Source: Candidatus Arthromitus sp. SFB-mouse-Japan (lineage in GTDB: Bacteria; Bacillota; Clostridia; Clostridiales; Clostridiaceae). From it: 32,000 nt of DNA. The position numbers and the translations under genes were made by a program. The DNA is taken from NCBI RefSeq assembly GCF_000270205.1, contig NC_015913.1, positions 1,110,001 through 1,142,000 of the forward strand. The letters run 5' to 3'. The notes beneath the pieces were generated by a model, which did not search any database, had not been told where the DNA came from, and saw only the letters and a list, made by a program, of their open reading frames with translations. Shown piece by piece: positions 19,642 to 27,794 of this stretch (the stretch's first letter is position 1; each line of letters opens with the position of its first letter).

Positions 19642-20118
19642 TTAATTTTGTCCCCCACTAGATGTAGACACTAATGATTTGGTAGAAGTTGAAGTCCCTA
19701 ATCCACTACTACTGGTTCTAAATGGTAAACCATCAGTTGTTTGTAAAATAATTTTTTTAGTTGAACCATCCCTACCTACATAATCCTGTGTCTTAACTTC
19801 AGAATTCCCCAATAACAATACTTTTGTCTTAGGTGTATTTTGTCCTAAATATATGTGTAAATTACCTGCTGGATCCTTTAAACCAAGTATATGTTTTGAT
19901 GGATTTTCAGGATCAGGCTAAACTTTAAGACCACCTACTCCACTAGTAAGTGAGATCGCAACTTTTTGAATAGTGGCACTAGTTTTTGGTTCGATGCCAG
20001 GCAAAATTGCATTAGCTTGCTTACTCCCATTTGCATATAAAGAAACAGCAGTGATCATTGATAACATGCAAAGACTACCACTATAAATTCCAATACTTCT
20101 CTTGCGTTTAAAATTCAT
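19642..20118 (-). pseudogene. S/T-rich family member interrupted by an in-frame TAG
   Basis: MNFKRKRSIGIYSGSLCMLSMITAVSLYANGSKQANA...GGLKV, then TAG (19918-19920). The same frame continues PDPENPSKHILGLKDPAGNLHIYLGQNTPKTKVLLLGNSEVKTQDYVGRDGSTKKIILQT...SSGGQN* (stop 19642-19644). The downstream part aligns to the conserved module of members 2 and 3. Confidence 0.7.
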
Positions 20119-20176
20119 TTTATTAATTCTCCCTTTAAAATAAATATGTAAATAATTAGTTAATTTATTAAAGTTT

Positions 20177-20220
20177 CTGTGATAATTATATCATTATTTT
20201 TTACAACATTTAGCTTTTTT
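20177..20220 (-). promoter_or_regulatory. Family-conserved promoter-like block
   Basis: Minus strand reads ...TGTTGTAAAAAATAATGATATAATTATCACAG, with TATAAT at 20185-20190, 67 nt from the ATG. Confidence 0.4.
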
Positions 20221-20298
20221 TATAATTTTTTTCGCAATATTTTCGATAATTATAAAATTGTTTGCCTTTAAATCTTCTTAGAAATAAATTGATATCAA

Positions 20299-20324
20299 CA
20301 AAAAAAGAGGTTGAAAAACCTCTT
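20299..20324 (-). terminator. Rho-independent terminator of the cobO-aminotransferase unit
   Basis: aagaggtt-gaaa-aacctctt (20305-20324), preceded by a plus-strand A7 run. Confidence 0.8.
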
Positions 20325-20332
20325 AACAAAAT

Positions 20333-21472
20333 TTATCTATTTATATAATTTTCAATTCTAACTAGTCCTCTTTCAAGTTCATCAATAGAATTACAATAAC
20401 TAAGTCGCATATATCCCTCACCCATTTCACCAAAAGCACTACCAGGAACACAAGCAACTCCCGCATTCTTTAACAAATCAACACAAAAATCATAACTTTT
20501 CTCATTAGTTATACCATCAAGAGATGGAAAAATATAAAACGCTCCCATCGGCTTTTCAACTCTAAATCCCATTTTAATTAATCTATCATATATAAAATCT
20601 CTTCTCACCCTAAACTCTTCTCTCATTATTTCAACATCTCTAAGAGCCTCATCAAAACCATACAAAGTACCATATTGAACAATAGATACAGCAGAAGATG
20701 TCGCATATAAATGAACTTTATTAAGCTCCTCTATATACGGACTCTTTGCACAAATAAATCCAAGCCTTAATCCTGTCATAGAAAACATCTTGGAAAATCC
20801 AGAAACCAAAATTATTCTATCCAATAAATCCTCATATTCACAAATAGTTTCAAATTTATCATAAATGATAGTACTATACATTTCATCACTTATTATTTTA
20901 CAATATGGATACTTAGATAAAATACTATAAAACTTCTTCTTATCGTCTTCAGTCAGAGCAATTCCCGTTGGATTGTTCGGAAAACACATTACGATTCCTT
21001 TAATATCTTTACTCTTAAACTCGCTTTCTATCCTATCAAAATCAATTTTACCATCCTTATTCACACTATAAAAAACAGGATTAGCTCCTACAAATTTAAG
21101 AGTATTTTCATACGCAGGATAACCTGGACTCGGAGTTAAAACGTTATCTCCTTCATTAAAAATTGTATTGAAAGTTACAAAAAGTGCCTCACTTCCACCA
21201 ACGGTTAAAATCATTTCATCTTTAGAAAACTTTATAGAATACTCATCATCCAAATATTTAGATATCCTCTCTCTAAGCTCAGGTATTCCTTGATTCATAG
21301 TATAATAAGTTTTTCCCTCATCTAAAGCTCTCAAAATTCCTTTCTTAAGAGACTTTGGAAGTTTAAAATCAGGTTGTCCTACTGTTAAAGAAACGGCATC
21401 TGGGTAATTCCTAACCTCATTAAAAAATTTTCTTATACCAGAATACTGAACATTTTTCATATGTCTATTCAT
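20333..21472 (-). CDS. Class I/II pyridoxal-phosphate aminotransferase (possibly the DAP-pathway N-acetyl-LL-diaminopimelate aminotransferase, given nearby dapH)
   Basis: FPNNPTG motif. PLP-lysine motif SGFSKMFSMTGLRLGF. AGGAGG lies 10 nt upstream of ATG 21472. The substrate assignment is inferred from gene context only. Confidence 0.8.
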   Translation of the reverse strand: MNRHMKNVQYSGIRKFFNEVRNYPDAVSLTVGQPDFKLPKSLKKGILRALDEGKTYYTMNQGIPELRERISKYLDDEYSIKFSKDEMILTVGGSEALFVTFNTIFNEGDNVLTPSPGYPAYENTLKFVGANPVFYSVNKDGKIDFDRIESEFKSKDIKGIVMCFPNNPTGIALTEDDKKKFYSILSKYPYCKIISDEMYSTIIYDKFETICEYEDLLDRIILVSGFSKMFSMTGLRLGFICAKSPYIEELNKVHLYATSSAVSIVQYGTLYGFDEALRDVEIMREEFRVRRDFIYDRLIKMGFRVEKPMGAFYIFPSLDGITNEKSYDFCVDLLKNAGVACVPGSAFGEMGEGYMRLSYCNSIDELERGLVRIENYINR

Positions 21473-21496
21473 AACAAATAATCCTCCTAAAAACTT

Positions 21497-22030
21497 TTAA
21501 TATTCTATGCCGACTCTAGCTAAAATGCCATCATCATAATAATGTTTAACTTTATCAATCTTACTAACCAAATCAGCATTGTCTATTAAAGTTTGAGATG
21601 CATTTCTACCTGTCAAAACTAATTCAAGACTCTTCGGCTTATTCCTCATAACTTCAATTATCTCGGCTTCATCTATAAATCCTCCTTGAATTGCACCAAG
21701 AACCTCATCTAAAATTATCAAATCGTATTTTCCTGAATTTATAAATTCCTTAGCTTTATTCAATTCAACTTTAATTTCTTCTCTAAGCAAATTAAGCTGT
21801 TCTTCGTTGAGATTGTAAGTAAAACTCTTTTTGCTCTCAATCCTATAAATTTCAAATCTATCACCCAAAAGTTTAATGCTATCCAATTCAGACGTGTGCC
21901 AATTCTTAAGAAATTGAACCATCATAACTCTAAACCCCGCTCCAATACTCCTAAATGCAAGTCCTAAAGCACATGTAGTTTTCCCCTTACCGTCTCCCAT
22001 ATAAATATGTATATATCCATTCTTTTCCAA
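21497..22030 (-). CDS. cobO: Cob(I)yrinic acid a,c-diamide / corrinoid adenosyltransferase (CobA/CobO/BtuR family)
   Basis: GDGKGKTTCALGLAFRSIGAGFRVMMVQFLK P-loop region typical of the family. TTG start 22030 with GGAGGG 6 nt upstream. Confidence 0.8.
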   Translation of the reverse strand: MEKNGYIHIYMGDGKGKTTCALGLAFRSIGAGFRVMMVQFLKNWHTSELDSIKLLGDRFEIYRIESKKSFTYNLNEEQLNLLREEIKVELNKAKEFINSGKYDLIILDEVLGAIQGGFIDEAEIIEVMRNKPKSLELVLTGRNASQTLIDNADLVSKIDKVKHYYDDGILARVGIEY

Positions 22031-22175
22031 GCCTTTCCCTCCTCTAACATAAATTTTACATTACACTTTTATATTAATCCATTACTATTTAATTATTTTT
22101 TATCCTACCATCCAAAATCATCAATATATAATGTATAATACTTATGAATTAACAAAAAGGAAGGAATAATATTAA

Positions 22176-22889
22176 ATGAATTACGATATGAAAAATCCTT
22201 ATGATATCGCAAGATACATAAAAGATGCTAAAAAATCAACTCCTTTAAAAGTCTACTTAAAGGGAAATTTAACAGACGAAGATTTTAATAATTTAGAATT
22301 TTACGGATCAAACGGAAATTACACTCTATTTGGTGAAAAAGAAGACATTATTTCATTTCTATCCAAAAATCAATCTAAAATAAATAGACATAGAATTGAA
22401 AATTCAAAGAGAAACTCTGCAATCCCAATGCTGAATCTAATAGATATAGAGGCAAGAATTGAGCCTGGTGCAATAATTCGAGATATGGTAACAATAGAAA
22501 AGAATTGTATAATCATGATGGGAGCAGTTATAAATATAGGTGCTGAAATTGGAGAAGGTACTATGGTTGATATGAATGCCGTTGTTGGTGCTCGTGGAAA
22601 ACTCGGCAAAAATGTACACCTAGGAGCAGGTGCTGTTGTAGCAGGAGTTCTTGAACCACCATCAAAAGAACCATGTGTAATAGAAAATAATGTTCTTATA
22701 GGCGCTAACGCTGTAATACTTGAAGGTGTACGTGTTGGTGAAAATTCTGTAGTTGGAGCAGGTGCTATCGTAACAAAAGATGTACCTCCAAATACAGTTG
22801 TAACTGGTTCTCCTGCAAGAATTATTAAAGAAATAGATCAAGCGGTAAAAGATAGAACTAAAATCTTAGAAGATCTAAGAAGTCTCTAA
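22176..22889 (+). CDS. dapH: 2,3,4,5-tetrahydropyridine-2,6-dicarboxylate N-acetyltransferase
   Basis: N-terminal [23 protein letters not shown] domain plus a left-handed beta-helix with hexapeptide repeats ([43 protein letters not shown]). AAGGAAGGA RBS. Confidence 0.88.
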   Translation: MNYDMKNPYDIARYIKDAKKSTPLKVYLKGNLTDEDFNNLEFYGSNGNYTLFGEKEDIISFLSKNQSKINRHRIENSKRNSAIPMLNLIDIEARIEPGAIIRDMVTIEKNCIIMMGAVINIGAEIGEGTMVDMNAVVGARGKLGKNVHLGAGAVVAGVLEPPSKEPCVIENNVLIGANAVILEGVRVGENSVVGAGAIVTKDVPPNTVVTGSPARIIKEIDQAVKDRTKILEDLRSL

Positions 22890-22895
22890 AAAACA

Positions 22896-22925
22896 GAAGA
22901 AGACCATCATAAGATGGCCTTCTTC
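22896..22925. terminator. Terminator hairpin between convergent dapH and the SSB-like gene
   Basis: 13-bp stem gaagaagaccatc / gatggccttcttc with one mismatch, loop ataa. A clear U-run follows on the minus strand; the plus-strand run is weaker. Confidence 0.65.
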
Positions 22926-23581
22926 TATCCAACATCCTCAGACGAATCAACAACTCTATTATCTTTATCTACTTTTTCCATTTTAGAGACTGACACCTCA
23001 TATGCTACCTTTGTTACTTTCTCAGTTTCAGAAATCTTCTTTTGATATTCTCGACTTTGCAGTCGTCCCCAAACTCTTATATTATCTCCAACTTGTAAAT
23101 TCTTACAAAATCTAGAATTCCTTCCCCATGCTATAGTAGGTATGTAATCAGATTTATTGTAAGCTCTATTAACCGCTAAAAGTACATCAGCAATTTCTCT
23201 ACCAAAAGGAGTTGTCCTATAGAGTGGTTGTTTGCAAATATAACCGTCTAAATAAATTTCATTTGGATTCTTACTTCTTTCTGTACAAGGAGTAACATTA
23301 CGAGCAAAAACAGTTAATATTAATTTATTTTTCCCATCCACAATTTTATTATAAGATCTCAATTGACCTTCCAACATTATCTCTGTTCCAATGGAAAAAT
23401 CTATTCCAACCATTATTCTTTCTGATATAGTTACACTCAAAACATCTTTCGAATCACTTAAACGCATAACCTCTATGTCAAAATTATAAAATCCTTCTCC
23501 AAACATTTCGTGACTAAATTTAGGTTCATCTACTACCTTTCCTTCGAGCCATATCCTATTATTAACTAGGTTTATATCCAT
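22925..23581 (-). CDS. Single-stranded-DNA-binding-like protein with two OB folds in one chain
   Basis: Two halves each resemble an SSB OB fold (N..WLEGKVV..P......G...Y.F.I and IYLDGYICK.P..R.TP.GREIAD.LLAVNR...SDYIP.IAWGR.......L.VGD.I...GRLQSREY). Start placed at ATG 23581 with GGAGAGG upstream; the ORF track uses GTG 23596. Confidence 0.6.
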   Translation of the reverse strand: MDINLVNNRIWLEGKVVDEPKFSHEMFGEGFYNFDIEVMRLSDSKDVLSVTISERIMVGIDFSIGTEIMLEGQLRSYNKIVDGKNKLILTVFARNVTPCTERSKNPNEIYLDGYICKQPLYRTTPFGREIADVLLAVNRAYNKSDYIPTIAWGRNSRFCKNLQVGDNIRVWGRLQSREYQKKISETEKVTKVAYEVSVSKMEKVDKDNRVVDSSEDVG

Positions 23582-23713
23582 AATACACCTCTCCACATTA
23601 GTTTTTGTTCTCTAATATGTATATTAGATAGGATTTTTTTTATTACCTTGATTGTATACAATACATTATAAAATTCATTAACATATCTTTCAATATTTTA
23701 ATTTTATTAACAT

Positions 23714-24505
23714 TTAAGTAATATTTTTCAATTGTTTCTGGACACCCATATTATCTATCTCATAATTTTCTCTATATAAAAGTTCAGATAATGTAACAAA
23801 TTCATATCCCTGATCTTTAAACTCCTTTAATATCCGCTCTAAATTCTCTGGTGTATTTTTAGCATTAGTATGAAACAGTGCAATTGATCCAGCTTGGAGT
23901 TTATTTTTTACACGTTGATATTCACTCTCCAATCCATCTTCTTTCCAGTCAATAGAATCAACATCCCATTGAATTGGAATATATCCTAAACTCTTAACTA
24001 TCTCAACAGAATTTTGATTATACTCTCCCTTAGGAAATCTAAATAATTTGCTTCTCTTGTTTGTAATTTCATAAATTTTACTATCAGTTATCTCAAGTTC
24101 TCTAACTATTCTATCTCTATCTATGTTTGTAAAATCTGGATGTATATTACTATGATTTGCTACCTCATGCCCTCTCTTATTCATCTCTTTAACAAGATCA
24201 ACATTCTCTTTGCTATAATCAATCCATTTTCCAATCAAGAAAAACGATGCCTTAGAATCATATTTATCTAATATATCTAATATTTGCATCGTATAATCCT
24301 TCCCCCAATTCACATCAAAAGTTATAGCAACTTTCTTTTCCTCCGTATCAACCCTATATATTGGTAATGATTTTTGACTGCTAAATGTAAGTACCGTTGG
24401 ATTATAAAAATACACATATGTAACTATTACTGATAAGAATAACATAAAAGCTGTTCCAATAAATGAATATTTAACCTTCTTTTTATTTTTAATTTTATTA
24501 CCCAA
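23714..24505 (-). CDS. Polysaccharide deacetylase (NodB homology domain), membrane-anchored
   Basis: N-terminal TM helix FIGTAFMLFLSVIVTYVYF. NodB motifs TFDVNWG, ANHSNIHPDF and FRFPKGEY. TTG start 24505 with AGGAGG 6 nt upstream. Confidence 0.8.
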   Translation of the reverse strand: MGNKIKNKKKVKYSFIGTAFMLFLSVIVTYVYFYNPTVLTFSSQKSLPIYRVDTEEKKVAITFDVNWGKDYTMQILDILDKYDSKASFFLIGKWIDYSKENVDLVKEMNKRGHEVANHSNIHPDFTNIDRDRIVRELEITDSKIYEITNKRSKLFRFPKGEYNQNSVEIVKSLGYIPIQWDVDSIDWKEDGLESEYQRVKNKLQAGSIALFHTNAKNTPENLERILKEFKDQGYEFVTLSELLYRENYEIDNMGVQKQLKNIT

Positions 24506-24655
24506 TTTTTTCCTCCTAATTAATTATTTTATGTAAAATATATGCTAATTTAGTTTTTAATATTAAAAATTTAAAAAAACAAAAATATTTTTATTTGTAT
24601 TATTTAGCTTTTAAGATTAGAATAACTATATATGATTAATGAGGTGAATTGATTT

Positions 24656-25171
24656 ATGCTGAAAGATATCATAGAACTTGCAGATAATAAACTTTTGATT
24701 TTATATATAATAAAAAAATTAAAACACCCTTGCTCAAATGACTGTATAACAGATATCATACTGAGTAATAATTTTTTAAATTATTTTTTGCTCCAGCAAT
24801 ATTTAATTGAATTAGTCGAAAATGAATATTTAATAATTATACATTCAAAAAATGAAGAACTATATAAAATCGCACCCCTTGGAAGAAAAATACTCGAAAT
24901 GTTTCAAAATAGAATATCTAAGTTTAAAATCGATTGTTTCAAAAATTATATGTCAGCAATCGAAAAGAAAAATCAAATCATTTCATCAGAGGTAAATATC
25001 AAATCCAATAACCTGGAAGTCACATTTTTAAAAAATAATAAACCTATATTAAATTTAATTATACCTAATCAATCCAAAGATCAAATTCAACTAATAACCA
25101 AAAATTGCAAAGATAATTCTGATCATATTTATAATTTAATTTTATCTGCCATAACTAAACAAAAAAAATGA
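24656..25171 (+). CDS. DUF4364-like protein (winged-helix-like, Clostridia-restricted family)
   Basis: DNKLLILYIIKKLKHP...NYFLLQQYLIELVENEYL matches my recollection of the DUF4364 N-terminal signature. GAGGTG RBS. Confidence 0.55.
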   Translation: MLKDIIELADNKLLILYIIKKLKHPCSNDCITDIILSNNFLNYFLLQQYLIELVENEYLIIIHSKNEELYKIAPLGRKILEMFQNRISKFKIDCFKNYMSAIEKKNQIISSEVNIKSNNLEVTFLKNNKPILNLIIPNQSKDQIQLITKNCKDNSDHIYNLILSAITKQKK

Positions 25172-25219
25172 TACTTAGTTAAGCTAAAAAGATTCGCTTA
25201 TTCTAAGTATCATTTTTTT
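25168..25219 (+). terminator. Long interrupted hairpin plus T7
   Basis: Outer stem atgatacttag / ctaagtatcat, inner stem taagc/gctta, followed by T-run 25213-25219. Confidence 0.6.
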
Positions 25220-26096
25220 AATACCCATATATTCTAGATGGATCTTCACCAATCCTTATAGTTTCCTTCTTACGGGTATACAAATCATATTTAATTAAAA
25301 GTTCTTTATCTCCTAACACAACATATAAAAATCTCCCATTCTTATAAATTCCTCTCGGATTTCCATTTACATATATCCTACCGATCTCTCGCAATTCTAA
25401 CAAATCTATTATGCTTACACAATTTCCTAAATAATTTGATACAAAAACGGATTTCGATTCATAATCAATATACATATCTACAGGTGTATTTAATTTTATA
25501 CTCTTATAATTTTGACCTGTATCAAAATCATAAATACTAAAAGTTCCATTAATTTCATCACCAAAGTTACTCTCACACACAAAGATATATTTACTATCCT
25601 TATAAAATTTTGAATTCATTGGAAAGTTTCCCGTCCTAATATTTTTTATAACATCGTTAATCTTATAATCAATCATATTTATTTGATCACTCTTGGAACT
25701 TGTAACACAGATCACTTCATATTTATTGTTTATCTCCATACTTTGTGGATAATTTCCACATTCAATCTGATAACACAAGCATTTGTTTGTCATATCATAG
25801 ACCACAAGACAATTTGTATCACTACATATTAAATAAATAAAATCATCTATAATCTTTAAGTCATTCGTAAACATTCCAATTTCCCAAGATTTAATTCCCC
25901 ATGTATTTATGTTAATCTCATAAAAATTGTAACTATTATTTCCTGCAATATAAATTTTATCATCTAAAAAATCAATTCCATGTATTCCTATAATTTTATT
26001 TTCATCTTCTAAATGTATTTTTTGATGAATACTATCCGTTAAATTAATCTTTGAAATATAATTTGATAATCCATTACAAATATACAAATCATTCAT
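25218..26096 (-). CDS. Beta-propeller repeat protein (YVTN/YncE-like), cytoplasmic
   Basis: Repeated ~40-aa blades (..P..M........I.V......N.I..ID). No signal peptide. Start placed at ATG 26096 (MNDLYICNG) with AAGGGGA upstream; the ORF track uses TTG 26147. Confidence 0.5.
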   Translation of the reverse strand: MNDLYICNGLSNYISKINLTDSIHQKIHLEDENKIIGIHGIDFLDDKIYIAGNNSYNFYEININTWGIKSWEIGMFTNDLKIIDDFIYLICSDTNCLVVYDMTNKCLCYQIECGNYPQSMEINNKYEVICVTSSKSDQINMIDYKINDVIKNIRTGNFPMNSKFYKDSKYIFVCESNFGDEINGTFSIYDFDTGQNYKSIKLNTPVDMYIDYESKSVFVSNYLGNCVSIIDLLELREIGRIYVNGNPRGIYKNGRFLYVVLGDKELLIKYDLYTRKKETIRIGEDPSRIYGY

Positions 26097-26204
26097 AGAT
26101 TCCCCTTTCCAATAGTTGCTCAACAATTCATGATATTCAAGAAACAATTTATTTCCAAATGTTTTTTTATTTAATTACATAAAAAATAGGTAAGGCTAAA
26201 TGCC

Positions 26205-27650
26205 TTACCTTTCATATACAATCTTTGAAATATCCGCTATTACTTTTTCTGCATTACTTAAATCCTTAGTATAAATTACCAAAATAAATGGTCTATCTCC
26301 AAAAACAATTCCTATATCATGATAATTCCCTTGAAATGATCCATACTTATTTGCAACAATCCCCTCAGGTATATATCTTCCCATTCTAACACCTGTTGAA
26401 CTATCTTTTAAATATTGAATAATATTTTTATAATAAGGATTATTATCCTTGTTTTCGTATAACTTAAGTAAAAATTTTCTCATCTCATTTGTTGAAAAAA
26501 GATTGCCTGTCCTATTTAATGGTTCTTCCAAAATTTTTCCATATTCTCTATAAAGACTTGTAACCTGATTAATTCCAGTTATTAACATATTAGCTGCAAT
26601 ATTATCTGAATTTAGGAGAGATCTTTTAGATAATTCAGCAAAAGTCTGTGGAGGTAAATATTCTCCCACTAGATAACCTTGTAAAACTCCTGAACCACCT
26701 TCATAATGTTGTGAATGAACATATTCAACTTTGCTATTTAAATTTATTTTACCAGATTGTACAAGATCATATAAAACAATATTAAGTGGTACTTTGTGAG
26801 TACTTCCCGCCTTAAATAATACGTCCCCATTTATATCAAATGATTCTTTTGTTGTAACGTCATAAAACGAAACAGCAACATTATTAACCATATCTCCTAA
26901 ATAAGTCAAAATTTTATTTTTCAACCTAGATGAACCTACTCTATTGATTAAATCTTGCTCAAGTCTTAGTGCCTCTTGTTTTCTCTTTTCAATCTCATCA
27001 GTATAATCCACAAGTTTTATATCATTCTCTAATAAATTATATATACTTAAAGCATCAGTCCTATTTACCGGTATATTAACATTATTCTTGTCCAACTTTA
27101 TGTTCATAAGAGATATCCTTACAGCAAATTCATCACTAAAGATTAATTTGTTCATAACATCACTAATCACTTTAGGTGAATCATTTATATTCCACCTTAA
27201 AATAAGAATCTCACTATTTTTATATGTTGAAGGGTACTCACTTCTATAGTAATATAAAATCCTTCCATCTATATAATCTAACCAATATTGTTTACCCTGC
27301 TTGTCCGTATCTCTTCCAAATATAAATCTATAAATCTTACTTATAAATTCTTCCTTAAGTTTAACTGAATCTAAAAATTCCTTAGACTCCAATACAAACT
27401 TCTCTATAAATGTTCTCGCAGATACTTTACCAGTACTAAGCATATTGTACCAATATCTAAATCCATCTGAATCAGCCTCACGTCCATAAAAAATATTGTA
27501 AGCTGACCCAATAAAATTTCCTAATAGCTTGTCTGAGGTTTGAGTTATAATCATATTTGCCTTAGAAGATACTTCCACAGTTTTATACGTAGATAAACAC
27601 ATACTTAAAATTAGAAACAAAGCTAAAAAACATTTGGAAATTCTTTTCAT
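26205..27650 (-). CDS. Secreted fusion protein: two DUF4214-like repeats plus a class-A beta-lactamase-like serine hydrolase domain
   Basis: Signal peptide MKRISKCFLALFLILSMCLS. DUF4214 signatures: FIGSAYNIFYGREADSDGFRYW and FISKIYRFIFGRDTDKQGKQYW. Hydrolase motifs: STHK (SxxK), SDN, KYG (KTG-like). ATG 27650 preferred to GTG 27653. Confidence 0.7.
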   Translation of the reverse strand: MKRISKCFLALFLILSMCLSTYKTVEVSSKANMIITQTSDKLLGNFIGSAYNIFYGREADSDGFRYWYNMLSTGKVSARTFIEKFVLESKEFLDSVKLKEEFISKIYRFIFGRDTDKQGKQYWLDYIDGRILYYYRSEYPSTYKNSEILILRWNINDSPKVISDVMNKLIFSDEFAVRISLMNIKLDKNNVNIPVNRTDALSIYNLLENDIKLVDYTDEIEKRKQEALRLEQDLINRVGSSRLKNKILTYLGDMVNNVAVSFYDVTTKESFDINGDVLFKAGSTHKVPLNIVLYDLVQSGKINLNSKVEYVHSQHYEGGSGVLQGYLVGEYLPPQTFAELSKRSLLNSDNIAANMLITGINQVTSLYREYGKILEEPLNRTGNLFSTNEMRKFLLKLYENKDNNPYYKNIIQYLKDSSTGVRMGRYIPEGIVANKYGSFQGNYHDIGIVFGDRPFILVIYTKDLSNAEKVIADISKIVYER

Positions 27651-27680
27651 CACTCTCTCCTTATTTTATAAAATTATTAA

Positions 27681-27697
27681 ATATATATATATATATA
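27681..27697. repeat. (AT)8 dinucleotide microsatellite in the promoter region of the 26205-27650 gene
   Basis: atatatatatatatata at 27681-27697, 31-47 nt upstream of the start codon. Confidence 0.9.
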
Positions 27698-27708
27698 CTT
27701 ATTCTATA

Positions 27709-27749
27709 AATAAAATAATCTTCCTTGAATTTTAAATCCAAGAAAGATT
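27709..27749 (-). terminator. Rho-independent terminator of valS
   Basis: Stem aatcttccttg (27717-27727) / caagaaagatt (27739-27749) with one mismatch. A U-rich tail follows on the minus strand. Confidence 0.6.
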
Positions 27750-27794
27750 ATTTGCACATAATGTCAAATTTATTCAGATGTAACTTTATTTCTA

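Noticed and set aside
19918-19920. In-frame TAG read as pyrrolysine or programmed read-through
   Set aside because: No pyl genes or PYLIS-like context appear in the window, and TAG is used as a normal stop by several genes here (for example 398, 7682, 10515, 12102, 18035). A nonsense mutation is the simpler explanation.
22370-22619. Minus-strand ORFs inside dapH
   Set aside because: Antisense to a hexapeptide-repeat gene with strong family identity. No independent support.
23651-23662. Perfect 12-bp palindrome attgtatacaat upstream of the SSB-like gene
   Set aside because: It could be an operator, but a single short AT-rich palindrome has no second copy in the window and no adjacent regulator gene. 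The evidence is insufficient.
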